From Leptogorgia sarmentosa (Eukaryota): a DNA stretch of 64,000 nucleotides. The notes under the pieces were generated by a model. It was not told the DNA's origin and did not search any database. It worked only from the letters and a program-made list of their open reading frames with translations. The stretch spans positions 21,576,001 to 21,640,000 of the forward strand of contig OZ210885.1 of the NCBI GenBank assembly GCA_964658305.1, in the 5' to 3' direction. How positions within the stretch are numbered: the first letter of the stretch is position 1; each line of letters starts with the position of its first letter. This document shows, piece by piece, positions 39,305-54,300 of this stretch. A program made the translations under genes and the position numbers.

Positions 39305-42300
39305 CGTGTCATCTTGAACATTTTACTCATTATTAATCGTGTCACCTGCTTCTGTTGGAAGATATTTTACCTTGAACATTTCACTCATTATTAATCGTGT
39401 CATCTGCTGCTTTTGGAAGATCCTTTTCCTTGAACATTTTACTCATTATTAATCGTGATATCTGCTGCTGTTGGAAGATCCTTTTCTTTGAACATTTTAC
39501 TAAAGATTTACTGTGTCATCTGCCGCTGTTGGAAGATCCTTTTCCTTGAACATTTTACTCATTATTAATCGTGTCACCTGCCGCTGTTGGAAGATTCTTT
39601 ACCTTGAACATTTTACTAAAGATTTACTGTGTCATCTGCTGCTGTTGGAAAATCCTTTTCCTTGAACATTTTACTAAAGATTTACTGTGTCATCTGCTGC
39701 TGTTGGAAGATCCTTTACCTTGAACATTTTACTAAAGATTTACTGTGTCATCTGCTGCTGTTGGAAGATCCTTTTCCTTGAACATTTTACTAAAGATTTA
39801 CTGTGTCATCTGCTGCTGTTGGAAGATCCTTTACCTTGAACATTTTACTAAAGATTTACTGTGTCATCTGCTGCTGTTGGAAGATCCTTTACCTTGAACA
39901 TTTTACTCATTATTAATCGTGTCATCTGCTGCTGTTGGAGGATATTTTACCTTGAACATTTTTCTCATTATTAATCGTGTCATCTGCTGCTGTTGAAAGA
40001 TCCTTTTCTTTGAACATTTTACTCATTATTAATCGTGTCATCTGCTGCTGTTGGAAGATCCTTTTCCTTGAACATTTTACTCATTATTATAATCGTGTCA
40101 TCTGCTGCTGTTGGAAGATCCTTTTCCTTGAACATTTTACTCATTATTAATCGTGTCATCTGCTGCTGTTGGAAGATCCTTTTCCTTGAACATTTTACTA
40201 AAGATTTTCTGTGTCATCTATGCTGTTGTTGGAAGATATTTTTTGCCTACGGCCAGTCTCCTGACCGAATGCCATCCTGCTGCTGTTGGAGGAAATCTAC
40301 CTTTGAACATTGTACTTATTAAACTCATCATCCTGCTGCTGTTGGAAGATCCTTTACCTTGAACATTTTACTCATTATTAATCGTGTCATCTGCTGCTGT
40401 TGGAAGATCCTTTTCCTTGAACATTTTACTCATTATTAATCGTGTTATCTGCTGCTGTTGGAAGATCCTTTTCCTTGAACATTTTACACATTATTAATCG
40501 TGTCATCTGCTGCTGTTGGAGGATATTTTACCTTGAACATTTTTCTCATTATTAATCGTGTCATCTGCTGCTGTTGGAAGATCCTTTTCCTTGAACATTT
40601 TACTCATTATTAATCGTGTCATCTGCTGCTGTTGGAAGATCCTTTTCCTTGAACATTTTACTCATTATTAATCGTGTCATCTGCTGCTGTTGGAAGATCC
40701 TTTACCTTGAACATTTTACTAAAGATTTACTGTGTCATCTGCTGCTGTTGGAAGATCCTTTTCCTTGAACATTTTACTAAAGATTTACTGTGTCATCTGC
40801 TGCTGTTGGAAGATCCTTTTCCTTGAACATTTTACTCATTATTAATCGTGTCATCTGCTGCTGTTGGAAGATCCCCTTTACCTTGAACATTTTACTAAAG
40901 ATTTACTGTGTCATCTGCTGCTGTTGGAAGATCCTTTTCCTTGAACATTTTACTAAAGATTTACTGTGTCATCTGCTGCTGTTGGAAGATCCTTTACCTT
41001 GAACATTTTACTAAAGATTTACTGTGTCATCTGCTGCTGTTGGAAGATCCTTTACCTTGAACATTTTACTCATTATTAATCGTGTCATCTGCTGCTGTTG
41101 GAAGATCCTTTTCCTTGAACATTTTACTCATTATTAATCGTGTCATCTGCTGCTGTTGGAAGATCCTTTTCCTTGAACATTTTACTAAAGATTTACTGTG
41201 TCATCTGCTGCTGTTGGAAGATCCTTTACCTTGAACATTTTACTAAAGATTTACTGTGTCATCTGCTGCTGTTGGAAGATCCTTTACCTTGAACATTTTA
41301 CTCATTATTAATCGTGTCATCTGCTGCTGTTGGAAGATCCTTCTCCTTGAACATTTTACTCATTATTAATCGTGTCATCTGCTGCTGTTGGAAGATCCTT
41401 TACCTTGAACATTTTACTAAAGATTTACTGTGTCATCTGCTGCTGTTGGAAGATCCTTTTCCTTGAACATTTTACTAAAGATTTACTGTGTCATCTGCTG
41501 CTGTTGGAAGATCCTTTACCTTGAACATTTTACTCATTATTAATCGTGTCATCTGCTGCTGTTGGAAGATCCTTTTCCTTGAACATTTTACTCATTATTA
41601 ATCGTGTCATCTGCTGCTGTTGGAAGATCCTTTACCTTGAACATTTTACTAAAGATTTACTGTGTCATCTGCTGCTGTTGGAAGATCCTTTTCCTTGAAC
41701 ATTTTACTCATTATTAATCGTGTCACCTGCCGCTGTTGGAAGATTCTTTACCTTGAACATTTTACTAAAGATTTACTGTGTCATCTGCTGCTGTTGGAAA
41801 ATCCTTTTCCTTGAACATTTTACTAAAGATTTACTGTGTCATCTGCTGCTGTTGGAAGATCCTTTACCTTGAACATTTTACTAAAGATTTACTGTGTCAT
41901 CTGCTGCTGTTGGAAGATCCTTTTCCTTGAACATTTTACTAAAGATTTACTGTGTCATCTGCTGCTGTTGGAAGATCCTTTACCTTGAACATTTTACTAA
42001 AGATTTACTGTGTCATCTGCTGCTGTTGGAAGATCCTTTACCTTGAACATTTTACTCATTATTAATCGTGTCATCTGCTGCTGTTGGAGGATATTTTACC
42101 TTGAACATTTTTCTCATTATTAATCGTGTCATCTGCTGCTGTTGAAAGATCCTTTTCTTTGAACATTTTACTCATTATTAATCGTGTCATCTGCTGCTGT
42201 TGGAAGATCCTTTTCCTTGAACATTTTACTCATTATTATAATCGTGTCATCTGCTGCTGTTGGAAGATCCTTTTCCTTGAACATTTTACTCATTATTAAT

Positions 42301-45300
42301 CGTGTCATCTGCTGCTGTTGGAAGATCCTTTTCCTTGAACATTTTACTAAAGATTTTCTGTGTCATCTATGCTGTTGTTGGAAGATATTTTTTGCCTACG
42401 GCCAGTCTCCTGACCGAATGCCATCCTGCTGCTGTTGGAGGAAATCTACCTTTGAACATTGTACTTATTAAACTCATCATCCTGCTGCTGTTGGAAGATC
42501 CTTTACCTTGAACATTTTACTCATTATTAATCGTGTCATCTGCTGCTGTTGGAAGATCCTTTTCCTTGAACATTTTACTCATTATTAATCGTGTTATCTG
42601 CTGCTGTTGGAAGATCCTTTTCCTTGAACATTTTACACATTATTAATCGTGTCATCTGCTGCTGTTGGAGGATATTTTACCTTGAACATTTTTCTCATTA
42701 TTAATCGTGTCATCTGCTGCTGTTGGAAGATCCTTTTCCTTGAACATTTTACTCATTATTAATCGTGTCATCTGCTGCTGTTGGAAGATCCTTTTCCTTG
42801 AACATTTTACTCATTATTAATCGTGTCATCTGCTGCTGTTGGAAGATCCTTTACCTTGAACATTTTACTAAAGATTTACTGTGTCATCTGCTGCTGTTGG
42901 AAGATCCTTTTCCTTGAACATTTTACTAAAGATTTACTGTGTCATCTGCTGCTGTTGGAAGATCCTTTTCCTTGAACATTTTACTCATTATTAATCGTGT
43001 CATCTGCTGCTGTTGGAAGATCCCCTTTACCTTGAACATTTTACTAAAGATTTACTGTGTCATCTGCTGCTGTTGGAAGATCCTTTTCCTTGAACATTTT
43101 ACTAAAGATTTACTGTGTCATCTGCTGCTGTTGGAAGATCCTTTACCTTGAACATTTTACTAAAGATTTACTGTGTCATCTGCTGCTGTTGGAAGATCCT
43201 TTACCTTGAACATTTTACTCATTATTAATCGTGTCATCTGCTGCTGTTGGAAGATCCTTTTCCTTGAACATTTTACTCATTATTAATCGTGTCATCTGCT
43301 GCTGTTGGAAGATCCTTTTCCTTGAACATTTTACTAAAGATTTACTGTGTCATCTGCTGCTGTTGGAAGATCCTTTACCTTGAACATTTTACTAAAGATT
43401 TACTGTGTCATCTGCTGCTGTTGGAAGATCCTTTACCTTGAACATTTTACTCATTATTAATCGTGTCATCTGCTGCTGTTGGAAGATCCTTCTCCTTGAA
43501 CATTTTACTCATTATTAATCGTGTCATCTGCTGCTGTTGGAAGATCCTTTACCTTGAACATTTTACTAAAGATTTACTGTGTCATCTGCTGCTGTTGGAA
43601 GATCCTTTTCCTTGAACATTTTACTAAAGATTTACTGTGTCATCTGCTGCTGTTGGAAGATCCTTTACCTTGAACATTTTACTCATTATTAATCGTGTCA
43701 TCTGCTGCTGTTGGAAGATCCTTTTCCTTGAACATTTTACTCATTATTAATCGTGTCATCTGCTGCTGTTGGAAGATCCTTTACCTTGAACATTTTACTA
43801 AAGATTTACTGTGTCATCTGCTGCTGTTGGAAGATCCTTTTCCTTGAACATTTTACTAAAGATTTACTGTGTCATCTGCTGCTGTTGGAAGATCCTTTTC
43901 CTTGAACATTTTACTCATTATTAATCGTGTCATCTGCTGCTGTTGGAAGATCCCCTTTACCTTGAACATTTTACTAAAGATTTACTGTGTCATCTGCTGC
44001 TGTTGGAAGATCCTTTTCCTTGAACATTTTACCAAAGATTTACTGTGTCATCTGCTGCTGTTGGAAGATCCTTTACCTTGAACATTTTACTAAAGATTTA
44101 CTGTGTCATCTGCTGCTGTTGGAAGATCCTTTACCTTGAACATTTTACTCATTATTAATCGTGTCATCTGCTGCTGTTGGAAGATCCTTTTCCTTGAACA
44201 TTTTACTCATTATTAATCGTGTCATCTGCTGCTGTTGGAAGATCCTTTTCCTTGAACATTTTACTAAAGATTTACTGTGTCATCTGCTGCTGTTGGAAGA
44301 TCCTTTACCTTGAACATTTTACTAAAGATTTACTGTGTCATCTGCTGCTGTTGGAAGATCCTTTACCTTGAACATTTTACTCATTATTAATCGTGTCATC
44401 TGCTGCTGTTGGAAGATCCTTCTCCTTGAACATTTTACTCATTATTAATCGTGTCATCTGCTGCTGTTGGAAGATCCTTTACCTTGAACATTTTACTAAA
44501 GATTTACTGTGTCATCTGCTGCTGTTGGAAGATCCTTTTCCTTGAACATTTTACTAAAGATTTACTGTGTCATCTGCTGCTGTTGGAAGATCCTTTACCT
44601 TGAACATTTTACTCATTATTAATCGTGTCATCTGCTGCTGTTGGAAGATCCTTTTCCTTGAACATTTTACTCATTATTAATCGTGTCATCTGCTGCTGTT
44701 GGAAGATCCTTTACCTTGAACATTTTACTAAAGATTTACTGTGTCATCTGCTGCTGTTGGAAGATCCTTTTCCTTGAACATTTTACTAAAGATTTACTGT
44801 GTCATCTGCTGCTGTTGGAGGATATTTTACCTTGAACATTTTACTCATTATTAATCGTGTCATCTGCTGCTGTTGGAAGATCCTTTTCCTTGAACATTTT
44901 ACTCATTATTAATCGTGTCATCTGCTGCTGTTGGAAGATCCTTTACCTTGAACATTTTACTAAAGATTTACTGTGTCATCTGCTGCTGTTGGAAGATCCT
45001 TTTCCTTGAACATTTTACTAAAGATTTACTGTGTCATCTGCTGCTGTTGGAAGATCCTTTACCTTGAACATTTTACTCATTATTAATCGTGTCATCTGCT
45101 GCTGTTGGAAGATCCTTTTCCTTGAACATTTTACTCATTATTAATCGTGTCATCTGCTGCTGTTGGAAGATCCTTTACCTTGAACATTTTACTCATTATT
45201 AATCGTGTCATCTGCTGCTGTTGGAAGATCCTTTTCCTTGAACATTTTACTAAAGATTTACTGTGTCATCTGCTGCTGTTGGAAGATCCTTTTCCTTGAA

Positions 45301-48300
45301 CATTTTACTAAAGATTTACTGTGTCATCTGCTGCTGTTGGAGGATATTTTACCTTGAACATTTTTCTCATTCTTAATCGTGTCATCTGCTGCTGTTGAAA
45401 GATCCTTTTCTTTGAACATCTTACTCATTATTAATCGTGTCATCTGCTGCTGTTGGAAGATCCTTTTCCTTGAACATTTTACTCATTATTATAATCGTGT
45501 CATCTGCTGCTGTTGGAAGATCCTTTTCCTTGAACATTTTACTCATTATTAATCGTGTCATCTGCTGCTGTTGGAAGATCCTTTTCCTTGAACATTTTAC
45601 TAAAGATTTTCTGTGTCATCTATGCTGTTGTTGGAAGATATTTTTTGCCTACGGCCAGTCTCCTGACCGAATGCCATCCTGCTGCTGTTGGAGGAAATCT
45701 ACCTTTGAACGTTGTACTTATTAAACTCATCATCCTGCTGCTGTTGGAAGATCCTTTACCTTGAACATTTTACTCATTATTAATCGTGTCATCTGCTGCT
45801 GTTGGAAGATCCTTTTCCTTGAACATTTTACTAAAGATTTACTGTGTCATCTGCTGCTGTTGGAAGATCCTTTACCTTGAACATTTTACTCATTATTAAT
45901 CGTGTCATCTGCTGCTGTTGGAAGATCCTTTTCCTTGAACATTTTACTCATTATTAATCGTGTCATCTTCTGCTGTTGGAAGATCCTTTACCTTGAACAT
46001 TTTACTAAAGATTTACTGTGTCATCTGCTGCTGTTGGAAGATCCTTTTCCTTGAACATTTTACTAAAGATTTACTGTGTCATCTGCTGCTGTTGGAGGAT
46101 ATTTTACCTTGAACATTTTTCTCATTCTTAATCGTGTCATCTGCTGCTGTTGAAAGATCCTTTTCTTTGAACATTTTACTCATTATTAATCGTGTCATCT
46201 GCTGCTGTTGGAAGATCCTTTTCCTTGAACATTTTACTCATTATTATAATCGTGTCATCTGCTGCTGTTGGAAGATCCTTTTCCTTGAACATTTTACTCA
46301 TTATTAATCGTGTCATCTGCTGCTGTTGGAAGATCCTTTTCCTTGAACATTTTACTAAAGATTTTCTGTGTCATCTATGCTGTTGTTGGAAGATATTTTT
46401 TGCCTACGGCCAGTCTCCTGACCGAATGCCATCCTGCTGCTGTTGGAGGAAATCTACCTTTGAACATTGTACTTATTAAACTCATCATCCTGCTGCTGTT
46501 GGAAGATCCTTTACCTTGAACATTTCACTCATTATTAATCGTGTCATCTGCTGCTGTTGGAAGATCCTTTTCCTTGAACATTTTACACATTATTAATCGC
46601 GTCATCTGCTGCTGTTGGAGGATGTTTTACCTTGAACATTTTTCTCATTATTAATCGTGTCATCTGCTGCTGTTGGAAGATCCTTTTCCTTGAACATTTT
46701 ACTCATTATTAATCGTGTCATCTGCTGCTGTTGGAAGATCCTTTTCCTTGAACATTTTACTCATTATTATAATCGTGTCATCTGCTGCTGTTGGAAGATC
46801 CTTTTCCTTGAACATTTTACTCATTATTAATCGTGTCATCTGCTGCTGTTGGAAGATCCTTTTCCTTGAACATTTTACTAAAGATTTTCTGTGTCATCTA
46901 TGCTGTTGTTGGAAGATATTTTTTGCCTACGGCCAGTCTCCTGACCGAATGCCATCCTGCTGCTGTTGGAGGAAATCTACCTTTGAACGTTGTACTTATT
47001 AAACTCATCATCCTGCTGCTGTTGGAAGATCCTTTACCTTGAACATTTTACTCATTATTAATCGTGTCATCTGCTGCTGTTGGAAGATCCTTTTCCTTGA
47101 ACATTTTACTAAAGATTTACTGTGTCATCTGCTGCTGTTGGAAGATCCTTTACCTTGAACAGTTTACTCATTATTAATCGTGTCATCTGCTGCTGTTGGA
47201 AGATCCTTTACCTTGAACATTTTACTAAAGATTTACTGTGTCATCTGCTGCTGTTGGAAGATCCTTTTCCTTGAACATTTTACTAAAGATTTACTGTGTC
47301 ATCTGCTGCTGTTGGAAGATCCTTTACCTTGAACAGTTTACTCATTATTAATCGTGTCATCTGCTGCTGTTGGAAGATCCTTTTCCTTGAACATTTTACT
47401 CATTATTAATCGTGTCATCTGCTGCTGTTGGAAGATCCTTTACCTTGAACATTTTACTAAAGATTTACTGTGTCATCTGCTGCTGTTGGAAGATCCTTTT
47501 CCTTGAACATTTTACTAAAGATTTACTGTGTCATCTGCTGCTGTTGGAGGATATTTTACCTTGAACATTTTTCTCATTCTTAATCGTGTCATCTGCTGCT
47601 GTTGAAAGATCCTTTTCTTTGAACATTTTACTCATTATTAATCGTGTCATCTGCTGCTGTTGGAAGATCCTTTTCCTTGAACATTTTACTCATTATTATA
47701 ATCGTGTCATCTGCTGCTGTTGGAAGATCCTTTTCTTTGAACATTTTACTAAAGATTTACTGTGTCATCTGCCGCTGTTGGAAGATCCTTTTCCTTGAAC
47801 ATTTTACTCATTATTAATCGTGTCACCTGCCGCTGTTGGAAGATTCTTTACCTTGAACATTTTACTAAAGATTTACTGTGTCATCTGCTGCTGTTGGAAA
47901 ATCCTTTTCCTTGAACATTTTACTAAAGATTTACTGTGTCATCTGCTGCTGTTGGAAGATCCTTTACCTTGAACATTTTACTAAAGATTTACTGTGTCAT
48001 CTGCTGCTGTTGGAAGATCCTTTTCCTTGAACATTTTACTAAAGATTTACTGTGTCATCTGCTGCTGTTGGAAGATCCTTTACCTTGAACATTTTACTAA
48101 AGATTTACTGTGTCATCTGCTGCTGTTGGAAGATCCTTTACCTTGAACATTTTACTCATTATTAATCGTGTCATCTGCTGCTGTTGGAGGATATTTTACC
48201 TTGAACATTTTTCTCATTATTAATCGTGTCATCTGCTGCTGTTGAAAGATCCTTTTCTTTGAACATTTTACTCATTATTAATCGTGTCATCTGCTGCTGT

Positions 48301-51300
48301 TGGAAGATCCTTTTCCTTGAACATTTTACTCATTATTATAATCGTGTCATCTGCTGCTGTTGGAAGATCCTTTTCCTTGAACATTTTACTCATTATTAAT
48401 CGTGTCATCTGCTGCTGTTGGAAGATCCTTTTCCTTGAACATTTTACTAAAGATTTTCTGTGTCATCTATGCTGTTGTTGGAAGATATTTTTTGCCTACG
48501 GCCAGTCTCCTGACCGAATGCCATCCTGCTGCTGTTGGAGGAAATCTACCTTTGAACATTGTACTTATTAAACTCATCATCCTGCTGCTGTTGGAAGATC
48601 CTTTACCTTGAACATTTTACTCATTATTAATCGTGTCATCTGCTGCTGTTGGAAGATCCTTTTCCTTGAACATTTTACTCATTATTAATCGTGTTATCTG
48701 CTGCTGTTGGAAGATCCTTTTCCTTGAACATTTTACACATTATTAATCGTGTCATCTGCTGCTGTTGGAGGATATTTTACCTTGAACATTTTTCTCATTA
48801 TTAATCGTGTCATCTGCTGCTGTTGGAAGATCCTTTTCCTTGAACATTTTACTCATTATTAATCGTGTCATCTGCTGCTGTTGGAAGATCCTTTTCCTTG
48901 AACATTTTACTCATTATTAATCGTGTCATCTGCTGCTGTTGGAAGATCCTTTACCTTGAACATTTTACTAAAGATTTACTGTGTCATCTGCTGCTGTTGG
49001 AAGATCCTTTTCCTTGAACATTTTACTAAAGATTTACTGTGTCATCTGCTGCTGTTGGAAGATCCTTTTCCTTGAACATTTTACTCATTATTAATCGTGT
49101 CATCTGCTGCTGTTGGAAGATCCCCTTTACCTTGAACATTTTACTAAAGATTTACTGTGTCATCTGCTGCTGTTGGAAGATCCTTTTCCTTGAACATTTT
49201 ACTAAAGATTTACTGTGTCATCTGCTGCTGTTGGAAGATCCTTTACCTTGAACATTTTACTAAAGATTTACTGTGTCATCTGCTGCTGTTGGAAGATCCT
49301 TTACCTTGAACATTTTACTCATTATTAATCGTGTCATCTGCTGCTGTTGGAAGATCCTTTTCCTTGAACATTTTACTCATTATTAATCGTGTCATCTGCT
49401 GCTGTTGGAAGATCCTTTTCCTTGAACATTTTACTAAAGATTTACTGTGTCATCTGCTGCTGTTGGAAGATCCTTTACCTTGAACATTTTACTAAAGATT
49501 TACTGTGTCATCTGCTGCTGTTGGAAGATCCTTTACCTTGAACATTTTACTCATTATTAATCGTGTCATCTGCTGCTGTTGGAAGATCCTTTTCCTTGAA
49601 CATTTTACTCATTATTAATCGTGTCATCTGCTGCTGTTGGAAGATCCTTTACCTTGAACATTTTACTAAAGATTTACTGTGTCATCTGCTGCTGTTGGAA
49701 GATCCTTTTCCTTGAACATTTTACTAAAGATTTACTGTGTCATCTGCTGCTGTTGGAAGATCCTTTACCTTGAACATTTTACTCATTATTAATCGTGTCA
49801 TCTGCTGCTGTTGGAAGATCCTTTTCCTTGAACATTTTACTCATTATTAATCGTGTCATCTGCTGCTGTTGGAAGATCCTTTACCTTGAACATTTTACTA
49901 AAGATTTACTGTGTCATCTGCTGCTGTTGGAAGATCCTTTTCCTTGAACATTTTACTAAAGATTTACTGTGTCATCTGCTGCTGTTGGAGGATATTTTAC
50001 CTTGAACATTTTACTCATTATTAATCGTGTCATCTGCTGCTGTTGGAAGATCCTTTTCCTTGAACATTTTACTCATTATTAATCGTGTCATCTGCTGCTG
50101 TTGGAAGATCCTTTACCTTGAACATTTTACTAAAGATTTACTGTGTCATCTGCTGCTGTTGGAAGATCCTTTTCCTTGAACATTTTACTAAAGATTTACT
50201 GTGTCATCTGCTGCTGTTGGAAGATCCTTTACCTTGAACAGTTTACTCATTATTAATCGTGTCATCTGCTGCTGTTGGAAGATCCTTTTCCTTGAACATT
50301 TTACTAAAGATTTACTGTGTCATCTGCTGCTGTTGGAAGATCCTTTACCTTGAACATTTTACTCATTATTAATCGTGTCATCTGCTGCTGTTGGAAGATC
50401 CTTTTCCTTGAACATTTTACTCATTATTAATCGTGTCATCTGCTGCTGTTGGAAGATCCTTTACCTTGAACATTTTACTCATTATTAATCGTGTCATCTG
50501 CTGCTGTTGGAAGATCCTTTTCCTTGAACATTTTACTAAAGATTTACTGTGTCATCTGCTGCTGTTGGAAGATCCTTTTCCTTGAACATTTTACTAAAGA
50601 TTTACTGTGTCATCTGCTGCTGTTGGAGGATATTTTACCTTGAACATTTTTCTCATTCTTAATCGTGTCATCTGCTGCTGTTGAAAGATCCTTTTCTTTG
50701 AACATTTTACTCATTATTAATCGTGTCATCTGCTGCTGTTGGAAGATCCTTTTCCTTGAACATTTTACTCATTATTATAATCGTGTCATCTGCTGCTGTT
50801 GGAAGATCCTTTTCCTTGAACATTTTACTCATTATTAATCGTGTCATCTGCTGCTGTTGGAAGATCCTTTTCCTTGAACATTTTACTAAAGATTTTCTGT
50901 GTCATCTATGCTGTTGTTGGAAGATATTTTTTGCCTACGGCCAGTCTCCTGACCGAATGCCATCCTGCTGCTGTTGGAGGAAATCTACCTTTGAACGTTG
51001 TACTTATTAAACTCATCATCCTGCTGCTGTTGGAAGATCCTTTACCTTGAACATTTTACTCATTATTAATCGTGTCATCTGCTGCTGTTGGAAGATCCTT
51101 TTCCTTGAACATTTTACTAAAGATTTACTGTGTCATCTGCTGCTGTTGGAAGATCCTTTACCTTGAACATTTTACTCATTATTAATCGTGTCATCTGCTG
51201 CTGTTGGAAGATCCTTTTCCTTGAACATTTTACTCATTATTAATCGTGTCATCTGCTGCTGTTGGAAGATCCTTTACCTTGAACATTTTACTAAAGATTT

Positions 51301-54300
51301 ACTGTGTCATCTGCTGCTGTTGGAAGATCCTTTTCCTTGAACATTTTACTAAAGATTTACTGTGTCATCTGCTGCTGTTGGAGGATATTTTACCTTGAAC
51401 ATTTTTCTCATTCTTAATCGTGTCATCTGCTGCTGTTGAAAGATCCTTTTCTTTGAACATTTTACTCATTATTAATCGTGTCATCTGCTGCTGTTGGAAG
51501 ATCCTTTTCCTTGAACATTTTACTCATTATTATAATCGTGTCATCTGCTGCTGTTGGAAGATCCTTTTCCTTGAACATTTTACTCATTATTAATCGTGTC
51601 ATCTGCTGCTGTTGGAAGATCCTTTTCCTTGAACATTTTACTAAAGATTTTCTGTGTCATCTATGCTGTTGTTGGAAGATATTTTTTGCCTACGGCCAGT
51701 CTCCTGACCGAATGCCATCCTGCTGCTGTTGGAGGAAATCTACCTTTGAACATTGTACTTATTAAACTCATCATCCTGCTGCTGTTGGAAGATCCTTTAC
51801 CTTGAACATTTCACTCATTATTAATCGTGTCATCTGCTGCTGTTGGAAGATCCTTTTCCTTGAACATTTTACACATTATTAATCGCGTCATCTGCTGCTG
51901 TTGGAGGATGTTTTACCTTGAACATTTTTCTCATTATTAATCGTGTCATCTGCTGCTGTTGGAAGATCCTTTTCCTTGAACATTTTACTCATTATTAATC
52001 GTGTCATCTGCTGCTGTTGGAAGATCCTTTTCCTTGAACATTTTACTCATTATTATAATCGTGTCATCTGCTGCTGTTGGAAGATCCTTTTCCTTGAACA
52101 TTTTACTCATTATTAATCGTGTCATCTGCTGCTGTTGGAAGATCCTTTTCCTTGAACATTTTACTAAAGATTTTCTGTGTCATCTATGCTGTTGTTGGAA
52201 GATATTTTTTGCCTACGGCCAGTCTCCTGACCGAATGCCATCCTGCTGCTGTTGGAGGAAATCTACCTTTGAACGTTGTACTTATTAAACTCATCATCCT
52301 GCTGCTGTTGGAAGATCCTTTACCTTGAACATTTTACTCATTATTAATCGTGTCATCTGCTGCTGTTGGAAGATCCTTTTCCTTGAACATTTTACTAAAG
52401 ATTTACTGTGTCATCTGCTGCTGTTGGAAGATCCTTTACCTTGAACAGTTTACTCATTATTAATCGTGTCATCTGCTGCTGTTGGAAGATCCTTTTCCTT
52501 GAACATTTTACTCATTATTAATCGTGTCATCTGCTGCTGTTGGAAGATCCTTTACCTTGAACATTTTACTAAAGATTTACTGTGTCATCTGCTGCTGTTG
52601 GAAGATCCTTTTCCTTGAACATTTTACTAAAGATTTACTGTGTCATCTGCTGCTGTTGGAAGATCCTTTACCTTGAACATTTTACTCATTATTAATCGTG
52701 TCATCTGCTGCTGTTGGAGGATATTTTACCTTGAACATTTTACTCATTATTAATCGTGTCATCTGCTGCTGTTGGAAGATCCTTTTCCTTGAACATTTTA
52801 CTCATTATTATAATCGTGTCATCTGCTGCTGTTGGAAGATCCTTTTCCTTGAACATTTTACTCATTATTAATCGTGTCATCTGCTGCTGTTGGAAGATCC
52901 TTTTCCTTGAACATTTTACTAAAGATTTACTGTGTCATCTGCTGCTGTTGGAGGATATTTTACCTTGAACATTTTTCTCATTCTTAATCGTGTCATCTGC
53001 TGCTGTTGAAAGATCCTTTTCTTTGAACATTTTACTCATTATTAATCGTGTCATCTGCTGCTGTTGGAAGATCCTTTTCCTTGAACATTTTACTCATTAT
53101 TATAATCGTGTCATCTGCTGCTGTTGGAAGATCCTTTTCCTTGAACATTTTACTCATTATTAATCGTGTCATCTGCTGCTGTTGGAAGATCCTTTTCCTT
53201 GAACATTTTACTCATTATTAATCGTGTCATCTGCTGCTGTTGGAAGATCCTTTACCTTGAACATTTTAATCATTATTAATCGTGTTATCTGCTGCTGTTG
53301 GAGGAAATCTACATTTGAACGTTGTACTTATTAAACTCATTATCCTGCTGCTGTTGGAAGATCCTTTACCTTGAACATTTTACTCATTATTAATCGTGTC
53401 ATCTGCTGCTGTTGGAAGATCCTTTTCTTTGAACATTTTACTCATTATTAATCGTGTCATCTGCTGCTGTTGGAAGATCCTTTTCCTTGAACATTTCACT
53501 CATTATTAATCGTGTCATCTGCTGCTGTTGGAAGATCCTTTTCCTTGAACATTTTACTCATTATTAATCGTGTCATCTGCTGCTGTTGGAAGATCCTTTT
53601 CCTTGAACATTTTACTCATTATTAATCGTGTCATCTGCTGCTGGTGGAAGATCCTTTTCCTTGAACATTTTACTCATTATTAATTGTGTCATCTGCTGCT
53701 GTTGGAAGATCCTTTTCCTTGAACATTTTACTCATTATTAATCGTGTCATCTGCTGCTGTTGGAAGATCCTTTACCTTGAACATTTTACTAAAGATTTAC
53801 TGTGTCATCTGCTGCTGTTGGAAGATCCTTTACCTTGAACATTTTACTCATTATTAATCGTGTCATCTGCTGCTGTTGGAGGATATTTTACCTTGAACAT
53901 TTTTCTCATTATTAATCGTGTCATCTGCTGCTGTTGAAAGATCCTTTTCCTTGAACATTTTACTAAAGATTTACTGTGTCATCCATGCTGCTGTTGGAAG
54001 ATCATTTTTGCCTATGGCCAGTCTCCTGACCAAATGCCATCCTGCTGCTGTTGGAGGAAATCTACCTTTGAACATTGTACTTATTAAACTCATTATCCTG
54101 CTGCTGTTGGAAGATCCTTTACCTTGAATATTTTAATCATTATTAATCGTGTCATCTGCTGCTGTTGGAAGATCCTTTACCTTGAACATTTTAATCATTA
54201 TTAATCGTGTTATCTGCTGCTGTTGGAGGAAATCTACATTTGAACGTTGTACTTATTAAACTCATTATCCTGCTGCTGTTGGAAGATCCTTTACCTTGAA

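Noticed and set aside
39210..39336. hAT ORF reading into the satellite as a fusion
   Set aside because: A frameshift near 39210 explains it; the natural end NPTRMQFLDVLDDDGK* stops at 39269.
40035..54127. Repeated MSSAAVGRSFSLNILL ORFs
   Set aside because: These are translation artefacts of a 58-bp non-triplet satellite with GTG starts.
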